This document shows positions 15,115 to 25,217 of a DNA stretch of 29,262 nt, one piece after another (the stretch's first letter is position 1; the number at the start of each line of letters is the position of its first letter). The notes under the pieces were generated by a model. It did not search any database, was not told the DNA's origin, and was given only the letters and a program-made list of their open reading frames with translations. The DNA is taken from the IMG/VR virus record IMGVR_UViG_3300035676_000033, positions 1 to 29,262 of that record, one strand, 5' to 3'. The translations under genes and the position numbers were made by a program. Source of the stretch: a virus. Lineage: Duplodnaviria; Caudoviricetes.

Positions 15115-16323
15115 ATGTCTAACTCAATTCTTACTATTGACATGATCACGCGGAAGGCTCTCGAAATCCTCGAGAACAACCTCGTGCTCACACGTAACGT
15201 CAACCGCCAGTATGACGACAGCTTTGCCGTCGAAGGCGCCAAGATCGGCTCCACGCTGCGCATTCGTCTGCCTGACCGTGCTCTCGTCACCGACGGTGCC
15301 GCGCTTCAGGTGCAGGATGACAACGAACAGTTCACAACGCTGACCGTTGCCAACCAGAAGCACATCGGCGTGAACTTCACGACCGCTGAACTGACGATGC
15401 AGTTGGATGACTTCGCCGAGCGCGTTCTCAAGCCGCGTATTTCGCAGCTTGCGTCCAGCATCGACGCTGACGTTGCAAACGCATACGCCACCATCGGCAA
15501 CTCGGTCGGCACGCCGGGCATCACGCCCGCCACGTCGCTCGTTCTGTTGCAGGCGCAGCAGAAGCTGAACGAAAACGCCGCTGTGATGTCGCCGCGCTAC
15601 GCGACGGTCAATCCGGCTGCAAACGCTGGCCTCGTCGAAGGTATGAAGGGTCTCTTCAACCCCACCGACACGATCAGCAAGCAGTTCAAGAACGGCATGA
15701 TGGGCATGGGCGTGCTTGGCTTCGACGAAGTCAACATGTCGCAGTCGATCAAGCAGTTCACCTGCGGCACGCGCGATGCAACCGGCGGTTCGACCTCGGC
15801 TGCTGTCACGTCTGAAGGTGCAACGACCATCGCCATCACCGGCGCTGGCGCGAACGACACCGTCAAGGCTGGCGACGTGTTCACGGTTGCTGACTGCTAT
15901 GCTGTCAACCCGCAGACCCGCGAAAGCACAGGTTCGCTGTTCCAGTTCGTGGCTCTCGCCACGGTTACGCTGAACGGCTCTGGCGCTGGTAACGTCACGG
16001 TTGCTCCGATGTATTCGGCCAACCACGCGCTTGCCACTGTCAACGCTCTGCCGGGCAACGGCAAGGCTGTTGTGTTCGTCGGTGCTTCGGGCGGCCAGTA
16101 CGCTCAGAACCTCGTCTACCACAAGGACGCCATCACCTTCGCCACCGCCGACCTTCTGCTTCCGCAGGGCGTCGATATGGCGTCGCGTCAGGTGCATAAC
16201 GGCATCAGCTTGCGCGTTGTTCGTCAGTACGACATCAACAACGACCGCCTGCCTTGCCGTATTGACGTTCTGTACGGCTACAGCACGATCCGTCCGCAGA
16301 TGGCTTGCCGTATCTGGGGTTAA
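15115..16323 (+). CDS. Major capsid protein, P22 gp5 family
   Basis: 402 aa; MITRKALEILENNLV, KIGSTLRIRLP, YHKDAITFATADL, RIDVLYG; strongly biased codons. Confidence 0.93.
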   Translation: MSNSILTIDMITRKALEILENNLVLTRNVNRQYDDSFAVEGAKIGSTLRIRLPDRALVTDGAALQVQDDNEQFTTLTVANQKHIGVNFTTAELTMQLDDFAERVLKPRISQLASSIDADVANAYATIGNSVGTPGITPATSLVLLQAQQKLNENAAVMSPRYATVNPAANAGLVEGMKGLFNPTDTISKQFKNGMMGMGVLGFDEVNMSQSIKQFTCGTRDATGGSTSAAVTSEGATTIAITGAGANDTVKAGDVFTVADCYAVNPQTRESTGSLFQFVALATVTLNGSGAGNVTVAPMYSANHALATVNALPGNGKAVVFVGASGGQYAQNLVYHKDAITFATADLLLPQGVDMASRQVHNGISLRVVRQYDINNDRLPCRIDVLYGYSTIRPQMACRIWG

Positions 16324-16332
16324 TCTAATAAC

Positions 16333-16361
16333 GGCCCCGGCTTTGGTCGGGGCCAACTTTT
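16333..16361 (+). terminator. Hairpin/weak intrinsic terminator after coat gene
   Basis: GGCCCCGGC-tttg-GTCGGGGCC then AACTTTT. Confidence 0.65.
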
Positions 16362-16376
16362 ACAAGGATTACTATC

Positions 16377-16781
16377 ATGGCTCTTCCTAATGGTGCTGGT
16401 GGCTACCAGCTTGGTGATGGCAACCTGAACGAAGCTACGCTTGGTGTTCAGGCCATTCCGACCGCTTACACAGCGGCTGCAACTCTGACCGTGCTCGATC
16501 TTGAGCAGGGCATCATCGTCTACACGTCCGGCAGCACCGCCGATCTGGCTCTGCCAGCCGTCACAGGTACTTCTGGCGTTGACGCTGAAATCAGCAGCGC
16601 AAAAGTCAACTCCAGCTTCGACATCTCGTTGGTCGCAACCAGCACGGGCGTCCCGACGCTCACGGCCGGCACAGGCTGGACGCTGGTCGGTTCCGGTGCT
16701 GGCGTTGCAAGCAAGTCCGTGTTGTTCCGCGCCGTGAAAACCGGCGACGGCACGTACTCGCTGTACCGCATCGCTGGCTAA
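16377..16781 (+). CDS. Putative capsid decoration/minor capsid protein
   Basis: Small Gly/Thr/Ala beta-rich protein immediately after coat. Confidence 0.65.
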   Translation: MALPNGAGGYQLGDGNLNEATLGVQAIPTAYTAAATLTVLDLEQGIIVYTSGSTADLALPAVTGTSGVDAEISSAKVNSSFDISLVATSTGVPTLTAGTGWTLVGSGAGVASKSVLFRAVKTGDGTYSLYRIAG

Positions 16782-16787
16782 TGGGTC

Positions 16788-16817
16788 TGCCCCGGCTTAA
16801 TGCCGGGGCAACCTTTT
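16788..16817 (+). terminator. Hairpin/weak intrinsic terminator
   Basis: TGCCCCGGC-ttaat-GCCGGGGCA then ACCTTTT. Confidence 0.65.
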
Positions 16818-16829
16818 CAGGAGGTTATT

Positions 16830-17126
16830 ATGCCTAACACTAAAGCAGTAGGCGTTGCTTACGCTGATCCTGAGTTTGAAAGCGTCACTGTTAGCGGCGC
16901 TATCGTCGCCAATGGCGGTGTGGTTGCTTCTGTAATCGAAACAACAGGTGACGAAGTAGCCGCCAATCTTAACGCAGGCGTTTACATTCTCAGCACGGCG
17001 ATCACTGCCAACTCCACTCTCACTTCGGCCCCTGTTGGTTCGCTTGGCATTACGACCAATGCAACTGGCCGCGGCAAGCTGTTCTACGCAGACGGCACGA
17101 AGTGGCAGTTCATGGCGATCAGCTAA
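16830..17126 (+). CDS. Putative minor virion protein (98 aa)
   Basis: SD AGGAGG before ATG 16830; MPNTKAVGVAYADP...KLFYADGTKW. Confidence 0.75.
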   Translation: MPNTKAVGVAYADPEFESVTVSGAIVANGGVVASVIETTGDEVAANLNAGVYILSTAITANSTLTSAPVGSLGITTNATGRGKLFYADGTKWQFMAIS

Positions 17127-17130
17127 TACG

Positions 17131-17157
17131 GTGGACGGCCTTCGGGCCGTCCATTTT
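17131..17157 (+). terminator. Intrinsic terminator with cUUCGg tetraloop
   Basis: GTGGACGGCC-TTCG-GGCCGTCCAT then TTT. Confidence 0.8.
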
Positions 17158-17168
17158 AAGGATTTTTT

Positions 17169-17369
17169 ATGGCTGTCATTTACATGGTTCATCCGACGCA
17201 CGGAGCCAAAGTCGCTATCTCTGAAGATGAAGCGAATTATGATGAAACATACGGCTGGATGCGCTATGATCCTGACGAACCAGCTTTCGAGGAAGAAGAA
17301 GAAGCGGAAGCTGTCAACGCATTGGCACCGCAACCCAGCGGACGCCGACGCGCAACGCAGGAAGGTTAA
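17169..17369 (+). CDS. Small hypothetical protein (66 aa)
   Basis: SD AAGGA; acidic middle and basic tail; between capsid and neck genes. Confidence 0.75.
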   Translation: MAVIYMVHPTHGAKVAISEDEANYDETYGWMRYDPDEPAFEEEEEAEAVNALAPQPSGRRRATQEG

Positions 17370-17372
17370 CCG

Positions 17373-18083
17373 ATGGCGACAGCCGGTGACATTATTAACG
17401 GCACGCTACGTTTGCTAGGCGTTTTAGCGGAGGGTGAGGTTCCTTCGGCTGAAACGTCTCAGGACGCATTGGCGGCGATGCAACAAATGATCGACAGCTG
17501 GAATACGGAACGGCTGTCGGTCTTCTCCACACAAGATCAGGTGTTCACATGGCCCGCTGGCCTGCTGAACCGCACACTCGGACCGTCTGGCGACTTCGTC
17601 GGCAACCGCCCCGTGCTGCTTGACGATGCTACATATTTCAAAGACCCCGGCACCGGCGTCAGCTACGGCATCAAATTCATCAACCAGCAGCAGTATGATG
17701 GCATCGCGGTCAAGACCGTCACGTCCACATACCCGCAGGTTATCTTCGTCAACAACACGTTCCCAGACGTGGACATGTACGTCTACCCGCGCCCGACGCG
17801 CGACTTGGAATGGCACTTCATCTCGGTCGAAGAGTTGACGCAACCCGCAACGCTGGCAACTCAACTGCACTTCCCGCCCGGCTATCTGCGGGCGTTTCGC
17901 TATAATCTTGCGTGCGAGATGGCACCGGAGTTTGGCGTTGAGCCAAGCCCGCAGGTGTCGCGCATTGCGATGACATCTAAGCGTGACCTCAAGCGCATCA
18001 ACAACCCTGACGACATCATGTCGATGCCGTACAGCCTTGTGGCGACGCGTCAGCGGTTCAACGTCTACGCGGGTAACTACTAA
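17373..18083 (+). CDS. Head-tail adaptor, P22 gp4-like
   Basis: TAGDIINGTLRLLGVLAEGE.PSA...DAL.AMQQMIDSW; YNLACEMAPEFG; position before gp10-like gene. Confidence 0.8.
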   Translation: MATAGDIINGTLRLLGVLAEGEVPSAETSQDALAAMQQMIDSWNTERLSVFSTQDQVFTWPAGLLNRTLGPSGDFVGNRPVLLDDATYFKDPGTGVSYGIKFINQQQYDGIAVKTVTSTYPQVIFVNNTFPDVDMYVYPRPTRDLEWHFISVEELTQPATLATQLHFPPGYLRAFRYNLACEMAPEFGVEPSPQVSRIAMTSKRDLKRINNPDDIMSMPYSLVATRQRFNVYAGNY

Positions 18084-19513
18084 TGAAGACGCCGATCCTA
18101 GGGTCGGCGTATGTCGCGCGCAGCGTCAACGCCGCAGACAACCGCATGGTCAATCTGTTCCCCGAGATCGTTCCCGAGGGCGGCAAGGAACCAGCGTTCC
18201 TCCAACGCGCGCCGGGTCTGACCGCGCTGGCCACCATCGGCATCGGGCCGATCCGCGGGCTGTGGCAGTTCGGCGATTATGGCTATGCTGTCTCAGGAAA
18301 TACGCTGTACCAGATCGACAGCAACTGGACCGCCGTCGCTAAAGGGACTGTGGCGGGCAGCGGCTCGGTCAGCATGGCTGACAACGGTACGCAGCTATTC
18401 ATCGCGGCCAACCCGCAGGGTTACATCTATAACTCAAGCACCGACGTGTTCCAGCAGATCACCGACCCAGACTTCCCCGGCGCGGTGACGGTTGGCTACA
18501 TCGACGGCTATTTCGTGTTCAACGAACCTAACAGCCAAAAGATTTGGGTGACGCAGTTGCTCGACGGCACCAGCGTCGATCCGCTGGACTTTGCCAGCGC
18601 TGAAGGCAACCCAGATAATGTGGTCGCTATCTTCGTCGATCACCGCGAAGTATGGGTTTACGGCACCAACTCGACCGAAGTCTGGTACGACGCTGGGTTG
18701 CTCGACTTCCCGCTGACCCGCATTCAGGGCGCGTTCAACGAACTTGGCTGCGCAGCCCCTTACAGCATCGCCAAGATGGACAACCAGATTTACTGGCTCG
18801 GCAAGGATGCCCGCGGTCAGGGTATGGTCTATCGGGCCGCAGGCTACATGGGCCAGCGCATCTCAACGCACGCCATCGAATGGCAGTTGCAGGAATACGC
18901 TAATCTTGAGGATGCGGTCGGTTACACGTACCAGCAAGACGGCCATAGTTTCTACGTTCTGAACTTCCCGACCGCCAACACCACATGGGTGTTCGATGTG
19001 GCGACCGGCGCATGGCATGAGCGGGCGTCGTTCCAGAATGGCGCGTTCAACCGTCACCGTGGCAACTGCCAGATGTTCTACAATGCCACAAATGTGGTAG
19101 GCGACTATCAGAACGGCAAAATCTACGCGTTTGACCTGAACGTGTACGCCGACGATGGCGCACCGCAGAAGTGGCTACGGTCATGGCGCGCGCTGCCAAC
19201 CGGCGCTAACAATCTTGCCCGTACAATCCAGCACTCCATGCAGCTAGACTGCGAAACAGGCGTCGGGTTAGTGCTGGGCCAAGGAAACGACCCGCAAGTT
19301 ATGCTGCGCTGGTCGGACGATGGCGGCCACACATGGTCGAACGAACATTGGAAGTCGATGGGCAAGATTGGCCGGTCGGGCTATCGCACGATTTGGCGTC
19401 GCCTTGGCGCGACGATGAAAATCCGTGACCGCGTGTACGAACTGTCCGGCACTGACCCTGTGCGCATCTACATCATGGGGGCGGAATTGCTCCTGAGCGG
19501 GACGCGTGCCTAA
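18083..19513 (+). CDS. Tail hub/DNA stabilization protein, P22 gp10-like
   Basis: 476 aa; YIDGYFVFN, FASAEGNPD, TWVFDVATGAWHER, LRWSDDGGHTWS, GKIG..GYRTIWRRLG. Confidence 0.88.
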   Translation: MKTPILGSAYVARSVNAADNRMVNLFPEIVPEGGKEPAFLQRAPGLTALATIGIGPIRGLWQFGDYGYAVSGNTLYQIDSNWTAVAKGTVAGSGSVSMADNGTQLFIAANPQGYIYNSSTDVFQQITDPDFPGAVTVGYIDGYFVFNEPNSQKIWVTQLLDGTSVDPLDFASAEGNPDNVVAIFVDHREVWVYGTNSTEVWYDAGLLDFPLTRIQGAFNELGCAAPYSIAKMDNQIYWLGKDARGQGMVYRAAGYMGQRISTHAIEWQLQEYANLEDAVGYTYQQDGHSFYVLNFPTANTTWVFDVATGAWHERASFQNGAFNRHRGNCQMFYNATNVVGDYQNGKIYAFDLNVYADDGAPQKWLRSWRALPTGANNLARTIQHSMQLDCETGVGLVLGQGNDPQVMLRWSDDGGHTWSNEHWKSMGKIGRSGYRTIWRRLGATMKIRDRVYELSGTDPVRIYIMGAELLLSGTRA

Positions 19514-20361
19514 TGGCGTATTCGCCGATCAACCCTACACAGCTTACACCGCCCCGCGTCGCGTTTATTGACGAACGATCCGGCGCGATTAGCCGTGAAT
19601 GGTATCGGTTCTTTCTGTCGCTGCTGACAGCGACGCAGGACAATCAAGACGAAACGTCGCTTGCGCCTGACACCAATGCGTTGTTAGCGTCGTATGACGC
19701 CATGTTGGGTGAGTTGACGCAGACGGTAGAAAGCGCCCCTGATTGCTGCACGGCTACAGCGGGCGTGGATGCTAAGGTCAACGCTCTGGCGCAGACTACA
19801 GGCGTCTTACCGCCGACGGCTACAGAAGATGACATTGCAGTCATTCAGTCGCAGTTGCAGGCGCTGGCCGTAGCGCCACCACCCAAGGAATACCGCACGC
19901 CTCGCTACGGGTCGTTCTACGATACGACGACGCAGACGGCAGCGGCGATCAATACCGCTTATGCGGTTACGCTCAACACTACCGACTTATCCCAAGGCGT
20001 TTATATTGGATCGCCAACGTCGCGGATATACGTTGACCGCCCAAATGTTTACAACGTCCAATTCTCCGCACAGCTTGATAAAACGTCTGGTGGGGTGGGG
20101 CTAGTCTGGATTTGGCTACGCAAAAACGGTGTGAATGTGCCCGACAGCGCGGGGCAAGTGCGTATTCAGGGCAATGACGCAGAACTTGTGTCAGCATGGA
20201 ATTATCTGGTTCAACTTAACGCTGGTGACTACATTGAAATTATGTGGGAAGTTGACGACACTTCCGTTCAAATATTGTATGACACCGCAACAGCCGTGCA
20301 TCCGGCAGTGCCGTCTATCATCCTGACGGTGAGTGATAACATCAGCGCCATGGAGGTTTAA
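19513..20361 (+). CDS. Putative tail needle (gp26 position) with C1q/TNF-like C-terminal knob
   Basis: Position after gp10-like gene; helical middle; C-terminal YGSF...SRIYV...YNVQFSAQL...WLRKNG...LNAGDYIEI. Confidence 0.6.
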   Translation: MAYSPINPTQLTPPRVAFIDERSGAISREWYRFFLSLLTATQDNQDETSLAPDTNALLASYDAMLGELTQTVESAPDCCTATAGVDAKVNALAQTTGVLPPTATEDDIAVIQSQLQALAVAPPPKEYRTPRYGSFYDTTTQTAAAINTAYAVTLNTTDLSQGVYIGSPTSRIYVDRPNVYNVQFSAQLDKTSGGVGLVWIWLRKNGVNVPDSAGQVRIQGNDAELVSAWNYLVQLNAGDYIEIMWEVDDTSVQILYDTATAVHPAVPSIILTVSDNISAMEV

Positions 20362-20362
20362 G

Positions 20363-20698
20363 ATGGCCGTTACTATTAGCAATATCATCCCAGCGAAGAC
20401 CGCTGAGAACGCACAGACGACGCAATACACGTCCAACGGCGTGCAGACGATCATCGACAAGTTCACGGCGACGAACTACAACACCGCCGCCGCGACGATC
20501 AGCGTTAATCTTGTCTCGCCTGCGGGCAGCACGGGCAACGACAACTTGATCGTCAAGACCAAAACGCTTCAGCCAACCGAGACGTATACGTTTCCTGAAC
20601 TGGTTGGCCATGTGCTACCCAGCGGTGGTTTCATCTCGACAATCGCTGGCACGGCGTCCGCCATCAACATTCGTGCGTCGGGCCGTCTGGTTAGCTAA
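20363..20698 (+). CDS. Hypothetical beta-rich virion protein (111 aa)
   Basis: SD GGAGG; start at ATG 20363. Confidence 0.75.
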   Translation: MAVTISNIIPAKTAENAQTTQYTSNGVQTIIDKFTATNYNTAAATISVNLVSPAGSTGNDNLIVKTKTLQPTETYTFPELVGHVLPSGGFISTIAGTASAINIRASGRLVS

Positions 20699-20756
20699 TG
20701 CGTATCTAGCGTTCGGATTATTTTAGGTATATACAAACGCCGCAAAGGAAAAGTTT

Positions 20757-21467
20757 ATGGGTATTCTTAGCGACATTCTTAAAGTTGGCGGGTCCATTGT
20801 CGGCGGCGTTTTGGGGTCGTCAGCGTCTAAAAAAGCAGCATCGGCCCAAGAACAGCTTTCGCGTGAAGGGCTTGCTCTTCAGCGTGAAATGTTCGACCGC
20901 CAAGTCGCTCTTCAGGAACCGTTCCGTCAAGGCGGCATGACTGCCCAGAACCAGATCATGCAGTTGCTCGGCATTGGTGGCGATCAAGCTGCGCCCGGCT
21001 ACGGTAGCCTTGCTAAGTCGTTTGGCATGGATCAGTTTCAGAAAGACCCCGGTTACGCCTTCCGTCAGTCTGAAGGTATGAAGGCACTTGAGCGTTCGGC
21101 AGCGGCGCGGGGCGGTCTGTTGTCGGGCGGTACGCTGAAGGGCATTCAGCGTTTCGGTCAGGACTTGGCCAGCCAAGAATACACCAACGCATTCAACCGT
21201 TATCAGGTCGAGCGCGCTGCGCGGCTGAACCCGCTGCAATCGCTGATGGGTTCAGGTCAATCGTCTGCAAACGTTATGACCGGCACCGCAGGCCAGTTTG
21301 GCCAGACAGGTGCCAATACGCTGTCGAACATCGGCGACATCCGTGCGTCAGGATATGTTGGGTCTGCGAATGCGCTGACAAACGCTTTGTCTGGCGTCGG
21401 CAATTACTTTGCAGATAAAGATACGCTGGCGTCCATTCTTAAATCACCGAAATACATGAACGACTAA
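20757..21467 (+). CDS. DNA ejection/transfer protein, P22 gp7-like
   Basis: Gly/Ser-rich N-terminus, FQKDPGYAFRQSEG.KALERSAAARGGLLSG.TLK. Confidence 0.8.
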   Translation: MGILSDILKVGGSIVGGVLGSSASKKAASAQEQLSREGLALQREMFDRQVALQEPFRQGGMTAQNQIMQLLGIGGDQAAPGYGSLAKSFGMDQFQKDPGYAFRQSEGMKALERSAAARGGLLSGGTLKGIQRFGQDLASQEYTNAFNRYQVERAARLNPLQSLMGSGQSSANVMTGTAGQFGQTGANTLSNIGDIRASGYVGSANALTNALSGVGNYFADKDTLASILKSPKYMND

Positions 21468-21485
21468 TAACCCGCGAGGTCTGAA

Positions 21486-23174
21486 ATGCCGTCCAACCCT
21501 AATATCGCGCTGTCTGTGAAAGCACCGCAGTTTCGCGGTCCGCTTGAAACATTTTCGCGCGTTCAACAGATCGCTGCCAACAATATGGCGATGCAAAAAG
21601 CGCAGCGCGAAGCGGCGGCGGCTAATGCAATGCAAACATATCTGAAAGGCGGCGGCAAGTTAGAGACAGCGGCAGATATTCAGGCGGCGGCGCAGGCTGG
21701 CGTAGACCCCAGCGTCGCGCAAAAAATTGCAGAGCAAAACCTTAATCTCGGAAAATTCGGCGTCGAGCAGAAAAAGATTGCCACGGAACGCCTTTTCAAT
21801 CGTCTCGGCGCAGTGGCGCGCGCAGGTGAACTGGGTAGCGACGCTGAATGGGTTAATTGGCTGAATGATTACAGCCAACTCGGTGACGAAGAGTTTCGCG
21901 AAGCGGGCGCGTTTTTGAATATGACAAAAGGTCGTTACGACCCTTCTGTCGTAAAATCGCTTATGGCGGGCGCTCCAGAATACTTTAAGAAGACAACGCC
22001 GCAGGCGCAGGCCGAGATCATACAGAATGAAGCGGGCGACTTCTTTGAAGGGCGCATCGGCGGTGTTACGCCGGGTGGCGCGTATAGGCTCGAAGAGTAC
22101 GAACAAGAGCAAGCCCCGACGCCTACAGGCAAAGTTGAAGTCGGCGAAGCGACGTTTGTGGATGGCGGCGTAGGCGGACCTGTTAGCGCCGATGATGCAG
22201 AACGCTTTATCCAATCATTTCCAAAAGAAGCGCAAGCCGCTATCCGTCAGCGCATCAACGAAGGCGCTCTGGGCAATATCCCGATGGGGTCGCCCGTTTC
22301 GACGCAAAGCCTTGTCGCTGGCGAACGTGGTGGTGTGGGCGGACCGCTTGAAGGTTATGTCTCTACAGGCCGTCAACTTCGCGGTAGAAGTCCTGTGCAA
22401 GGGCAGACGCCCGGCATTTACGGCGTCCCGACCACCGATGTGGCGGCAACGGCAAAGGCGCAACGTCCAACTCCGGCGGAAGCTGGCGCTACGCGGGCGG
22501 CGATATTAGAGGCAGAGCGCGTCGCAAGGCTTAAAGCTGGACCGGCGCCATTGACACCGGCTGAACAACGCATTCGCCGCGATAAGTTGGCTGATGATTA
22601 TGCTAAGGCGCAAGGGATTATTGATAAAACATTTGATCCCGTGTCGGGCGTTACGGCAGCCGTTGCCAAAGTCAAAAGTCTTTCGCGCCCACAAAAAAAT
22701 GCTATTTTAGGTTATACGGGCAAATTTCCGACGCTCACTGCTTCGACGAGAGCCGCGGATACAGCGATAGAAAATCTTCGTGGGATCGTCACGGACTTGG
22801 GCCGTACAGCTGCTGCTGCTGCGGGCGCCGTCGGTCCTATGGCCGTTCAAGAATGGAAGATATTGGCGGACCAAGTTGCGACGCTTAATCTTGTAGATAT
22901 GGAGCCTGAAGACTTAGACAGGCAAATGAATATAATCGAGACGCGCGCAAAAAATATCGCTCGGTTAATTTCAGATACGTACCAAAAGCAGTATATTAAC
23001 GAACTTAAAGAAATGCCTGAGTTTAAGCTAAATGTCCCTAGCACGGGCGCGGCACGGAATACGTCGGCTACAGGTAAAAAACTTCCGCCGATTTTCACGC
23101 CGGATCAAGCACGTAAAGCCCCCAAGGGGACGCTATTTCGCACCACAGACGGTCGGACTATAAGGAAAAACTAA
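21486..23174 (+). CDS. Putative ejection protein (gp20 position)
   Basis: 562 aa Ala/Gln-rich helical protein; position in ejection cluster. Confidence 0.6.
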   Translation: MPSNPNIALSVKAPQFRGPLETFSRVQQIAANNMAMQKAQREAAAANAMQTYLKGGGKLETAADIQAAAQAGVDPSVAQKIAEQNLNLGKFGVEQKKIATERLFNRLGAVARAGELGSDAEWVNWLNDYSQLGDEEFREAGAFLNMTKGRYDPSVVKSLMAGAPEYFKKTTPQAQAEIIQNEAGDFFEGRIGGVTPGGAYRLEEYEQEQAPTPTGKVEVGEATFVDGGVGGPVSADDAERFIQSFPKEAQAAIRQRINEGALGNIPMGSPVSTQSLVAGERGGVGGPLEGYVSTGRQLRGRSPVQGQTPGIYGVPTTDVAATAKAQRPTPAEAGATRAAILEAERVARLKAGPAPLTPAEQRIRRDKLADDYAKAQGIIDKTFDPVSGVTAAVAKVKSLSRPQKNAILGYTGKFPTLTASTRAADTAIENLRGIVTDLGRTAAAAAGAVGPMAVQEWKILADQVATLNLVDMEPEDLDRQMNIIETRAKNIARLISDTYQKQYINELKEMPEFKLNVPSTGAARNTSATGKKLPPIFTPDQARKAPKGTLFRTTDGRTIRKN

Positions 23175-25210
23175 TGGCGACTGATCCTTACGCCGGACTA
23201 GGTACGGTTGTAACCAAAAAGCCAAACCAAGACCCATACGCGGGGCTTGGCCAAGTGCTTACGCCGACCACAGCGCCGGTGCCAAGGCGGACACTATTGG
23301 AAACTGGCACCGAAGCTGTCACCAACATTCCGGCAAGTGCCGTTCAGTTTGGTAAAGGCATCTTTGAAGCTATCACAAGCCCTGTCCAAACGTCGATGGG
23401 GCTGCTTGATCTTGCGGCGGGTGCCTTACAAAAAGGTGCGGGCGCCGTACTGCCGCAGCCCGTCATGGACTTTATCGCCAGCATCGACAACCCTGAAGCA
23501 GCGCAGCGCGCAGCGGACACCGCCAATCAGTTTGGCGGCATGTACGCCAACCGTTACGGTTCTGTTGATAAAATCAAAAATACCATCGCAACCGATCCCG
23601 TTGGTTTTGCGGCAGATTTTTCGACGATCTTGTCCGGCGGCGCTGGCGCCGCATCCCGTTTAGGTGCACCGCGTGCGGCTGCTCGATTGTCGCGGGGTGC
23701 CGAAATTACAAACCCAGTAAATGTGCTGCGTCCGGTTGGGCGGGGCATCACTAAAATTGCTGAAAAGGCGCCGCTGGCCATCGCAAACGTTATGGCACCG
23801 AAATCAGCGGCGTATATGGAAGCCGCCGAAGGCCGCGGCAACGAACTGATACAGCAGTTGCGCAGCCCGCAAAACGTAATGGTACCCGGCAGTATGCCGA
23901 CAGCAGCCGAAGCTGCATCGCCATTGGGCTTGACTAAGTTTTCGGCGATGGGCGAAGCGGCAGCTAAGGCCGCTCCGTCTGAATATCTTACGCGCGCTAC
24001 TGAACAAGAAGCGGCGCGTTTGGCTGGTATTCGCTCTGTAGGGCGCACGCCTGAAGATTTGGCTGCGCTTCAAAAAGGTCGCGCATTAACCGGCCAACAA
24101 AAATATGGCGCGATTGAAAAGAACATTGTCGAAGTTGATGATACGTTCCGCGCGCTGACGCAGCGTCCGTCTATGGATAAGGCCATGAAACGCGCGGCTG
24201 AAATTTCTGCCGAACAAGGTGTACCATTCCAGATTGGGCCTGACATTCGCCCCGGTTCAATGGCTGGTATGGCGACACCGGGCAGCCCCGCGCAGTATTC
24301 TGTCCAAAGTCTTCATAACCTTAAGACGGCTATGGATGACATCATCAAAGACCCTGCGACGTTTGGTATCGGCGCGAACGAAGCACGGCTTATGGGCCGC
24401 ACACGCGATCAGTTGATCAAGTGGATTGAAAGCAAGGAGCCGGGCTATAAAACCGCCCGTGAAACTTTTGCCAAGCAAAGCCGCCGGATCAATCAGACGG
24501 AAGTCGGGCAGTTCCTTGAAGGCAAACTAACATCGGCGCTCCCCGATGTCGCCGAGCGTGCGAACGTATTTGGTGCCGCCGTCAAAGAAGCCCCGACGAC
24601 GATTAAGCGTGCGCTGACAGGCGAAAGCCGTTACCAACAGCTTACTGATCTACTTGAGCCGCATCAGGTAAAAGTAATCAACGCCGTCCGAGATGATCTG
24701 GCGCGCAAAGCGACGACTAAGGTTCAAGCCCAGAAGGGCGCTGCCGCTGCGCCGCGCGTTGGCCAGCTAGCAAAACAAACTGGCGAAATGCCGCAGTTCC
24801 TAAACCGCGTCGCTACGATTGCGAATACAATCTATAATCGTTTGCAAGGCCAGATTGACCGTAAACTTGCTATCGAAATTGCGACTGAAATGCTTGACCC
24901 GCAAGCCGCTGCGGCTGCGCTTGAGAAGGCGATGGTTCGTGAAGAACTTGCTGGCATGACAGGCCGTGGTGCGGGTGCCGTGACAAGGGCTGCGGGCGAC
25001 GTGCTTACCTCGACGCCAGCCAAGGTCGGCGGTCAGTTCCAAAACATCATGACGCAGGCCGAGAACCGGAACGCGATGGTGCAAAACCAGTTCCCGCAAG
25101 TCAACGAAGAAGGCGCGCCGCTTCGGTCTATTGGATACTCGTTCGACGAAGAAGGCAATGAGTACGCCTACCCGATCTATGGCGTTGCGCCAAAACGCAA
25201 GCGTAAGTGA
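23174..25210 (+). CDS. Putative large ejection protein (gp16 position)
   Basis: 678 aa Ala-rich helical protein, TAATG-coupled; N-terminal DPYAGLG x2. Confidence 0.6.
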   Translation: MATDPYAGLGTVVTKKPNQDPYAGLGQVLTPTTAPVPRRTLLETGTEAVTNIPASAVQFGKGIFEAITSPVQTSMGLLDLAAGALQKGAGAVLPQPVMDFIASIDNPEAAQRAADTANQFGGMYANRYGSVDKIKNTIATDPVGFAADFSTILSGGAGAASRLGAPRAAARLSRGAEITNPVNVLRPVGRGITKIAEKAPLAIANVMAPKSAAYMEAAEGRGNELIQQLRSPQNVMVPGSMPTAAEAASPLGLTKFSAMGEAAAKAAPSEYLTRATEQEAARLAGIRSVGRTPEDLAALQKGRALTGQQKYGAIEKNIVEVDDTFRALTQRPSMDKAMKRAAEISAEQGVPFQIGPDIRPGSMAGMATPGSPAQYSVQSLHNLKTAMDDIIKDPATFGIGANEARLMGRTRDQLIKWIESKEPGYKTARETFAKQSRRINQTEVGQFLEGKLTSALPDVAERANVFGAAVKEAPTTIKRALTGESRYQQLTDLLEPHQVKVINAVRDDLARKATTKVQAQKGAAAAPRVGQLAKQTGEMPQFLNRVATIANTIYNRLQGQIDRKLAIEIATEMLDPQAAAAALEKAMVREELAGMTGRGAGAVTRAAGDVLTSTPAKVGGQFQNIMTQAENRNAMVQNQFPQVNEEGAPLRSIGYSFDEEGNEYAYPIYGVAPKRKRK

Positions 25211-25217
25211 GACGACA

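Noticed and set aside
15124-16356. 410-aa antisense ORF over the coat gene (and similar ORFs at 5088-5921, 6635-7366, 26989-27726)
   Set aside because: Shadow ORFs expected from biased codon usage of the real genes; no recognisable motifs
25187-25210. NLS-like PKRKRK at the end of the ejection protein
   Set aside because: Bacteriophage context; short basic tails are common and carry no evidence of nuclear targeting
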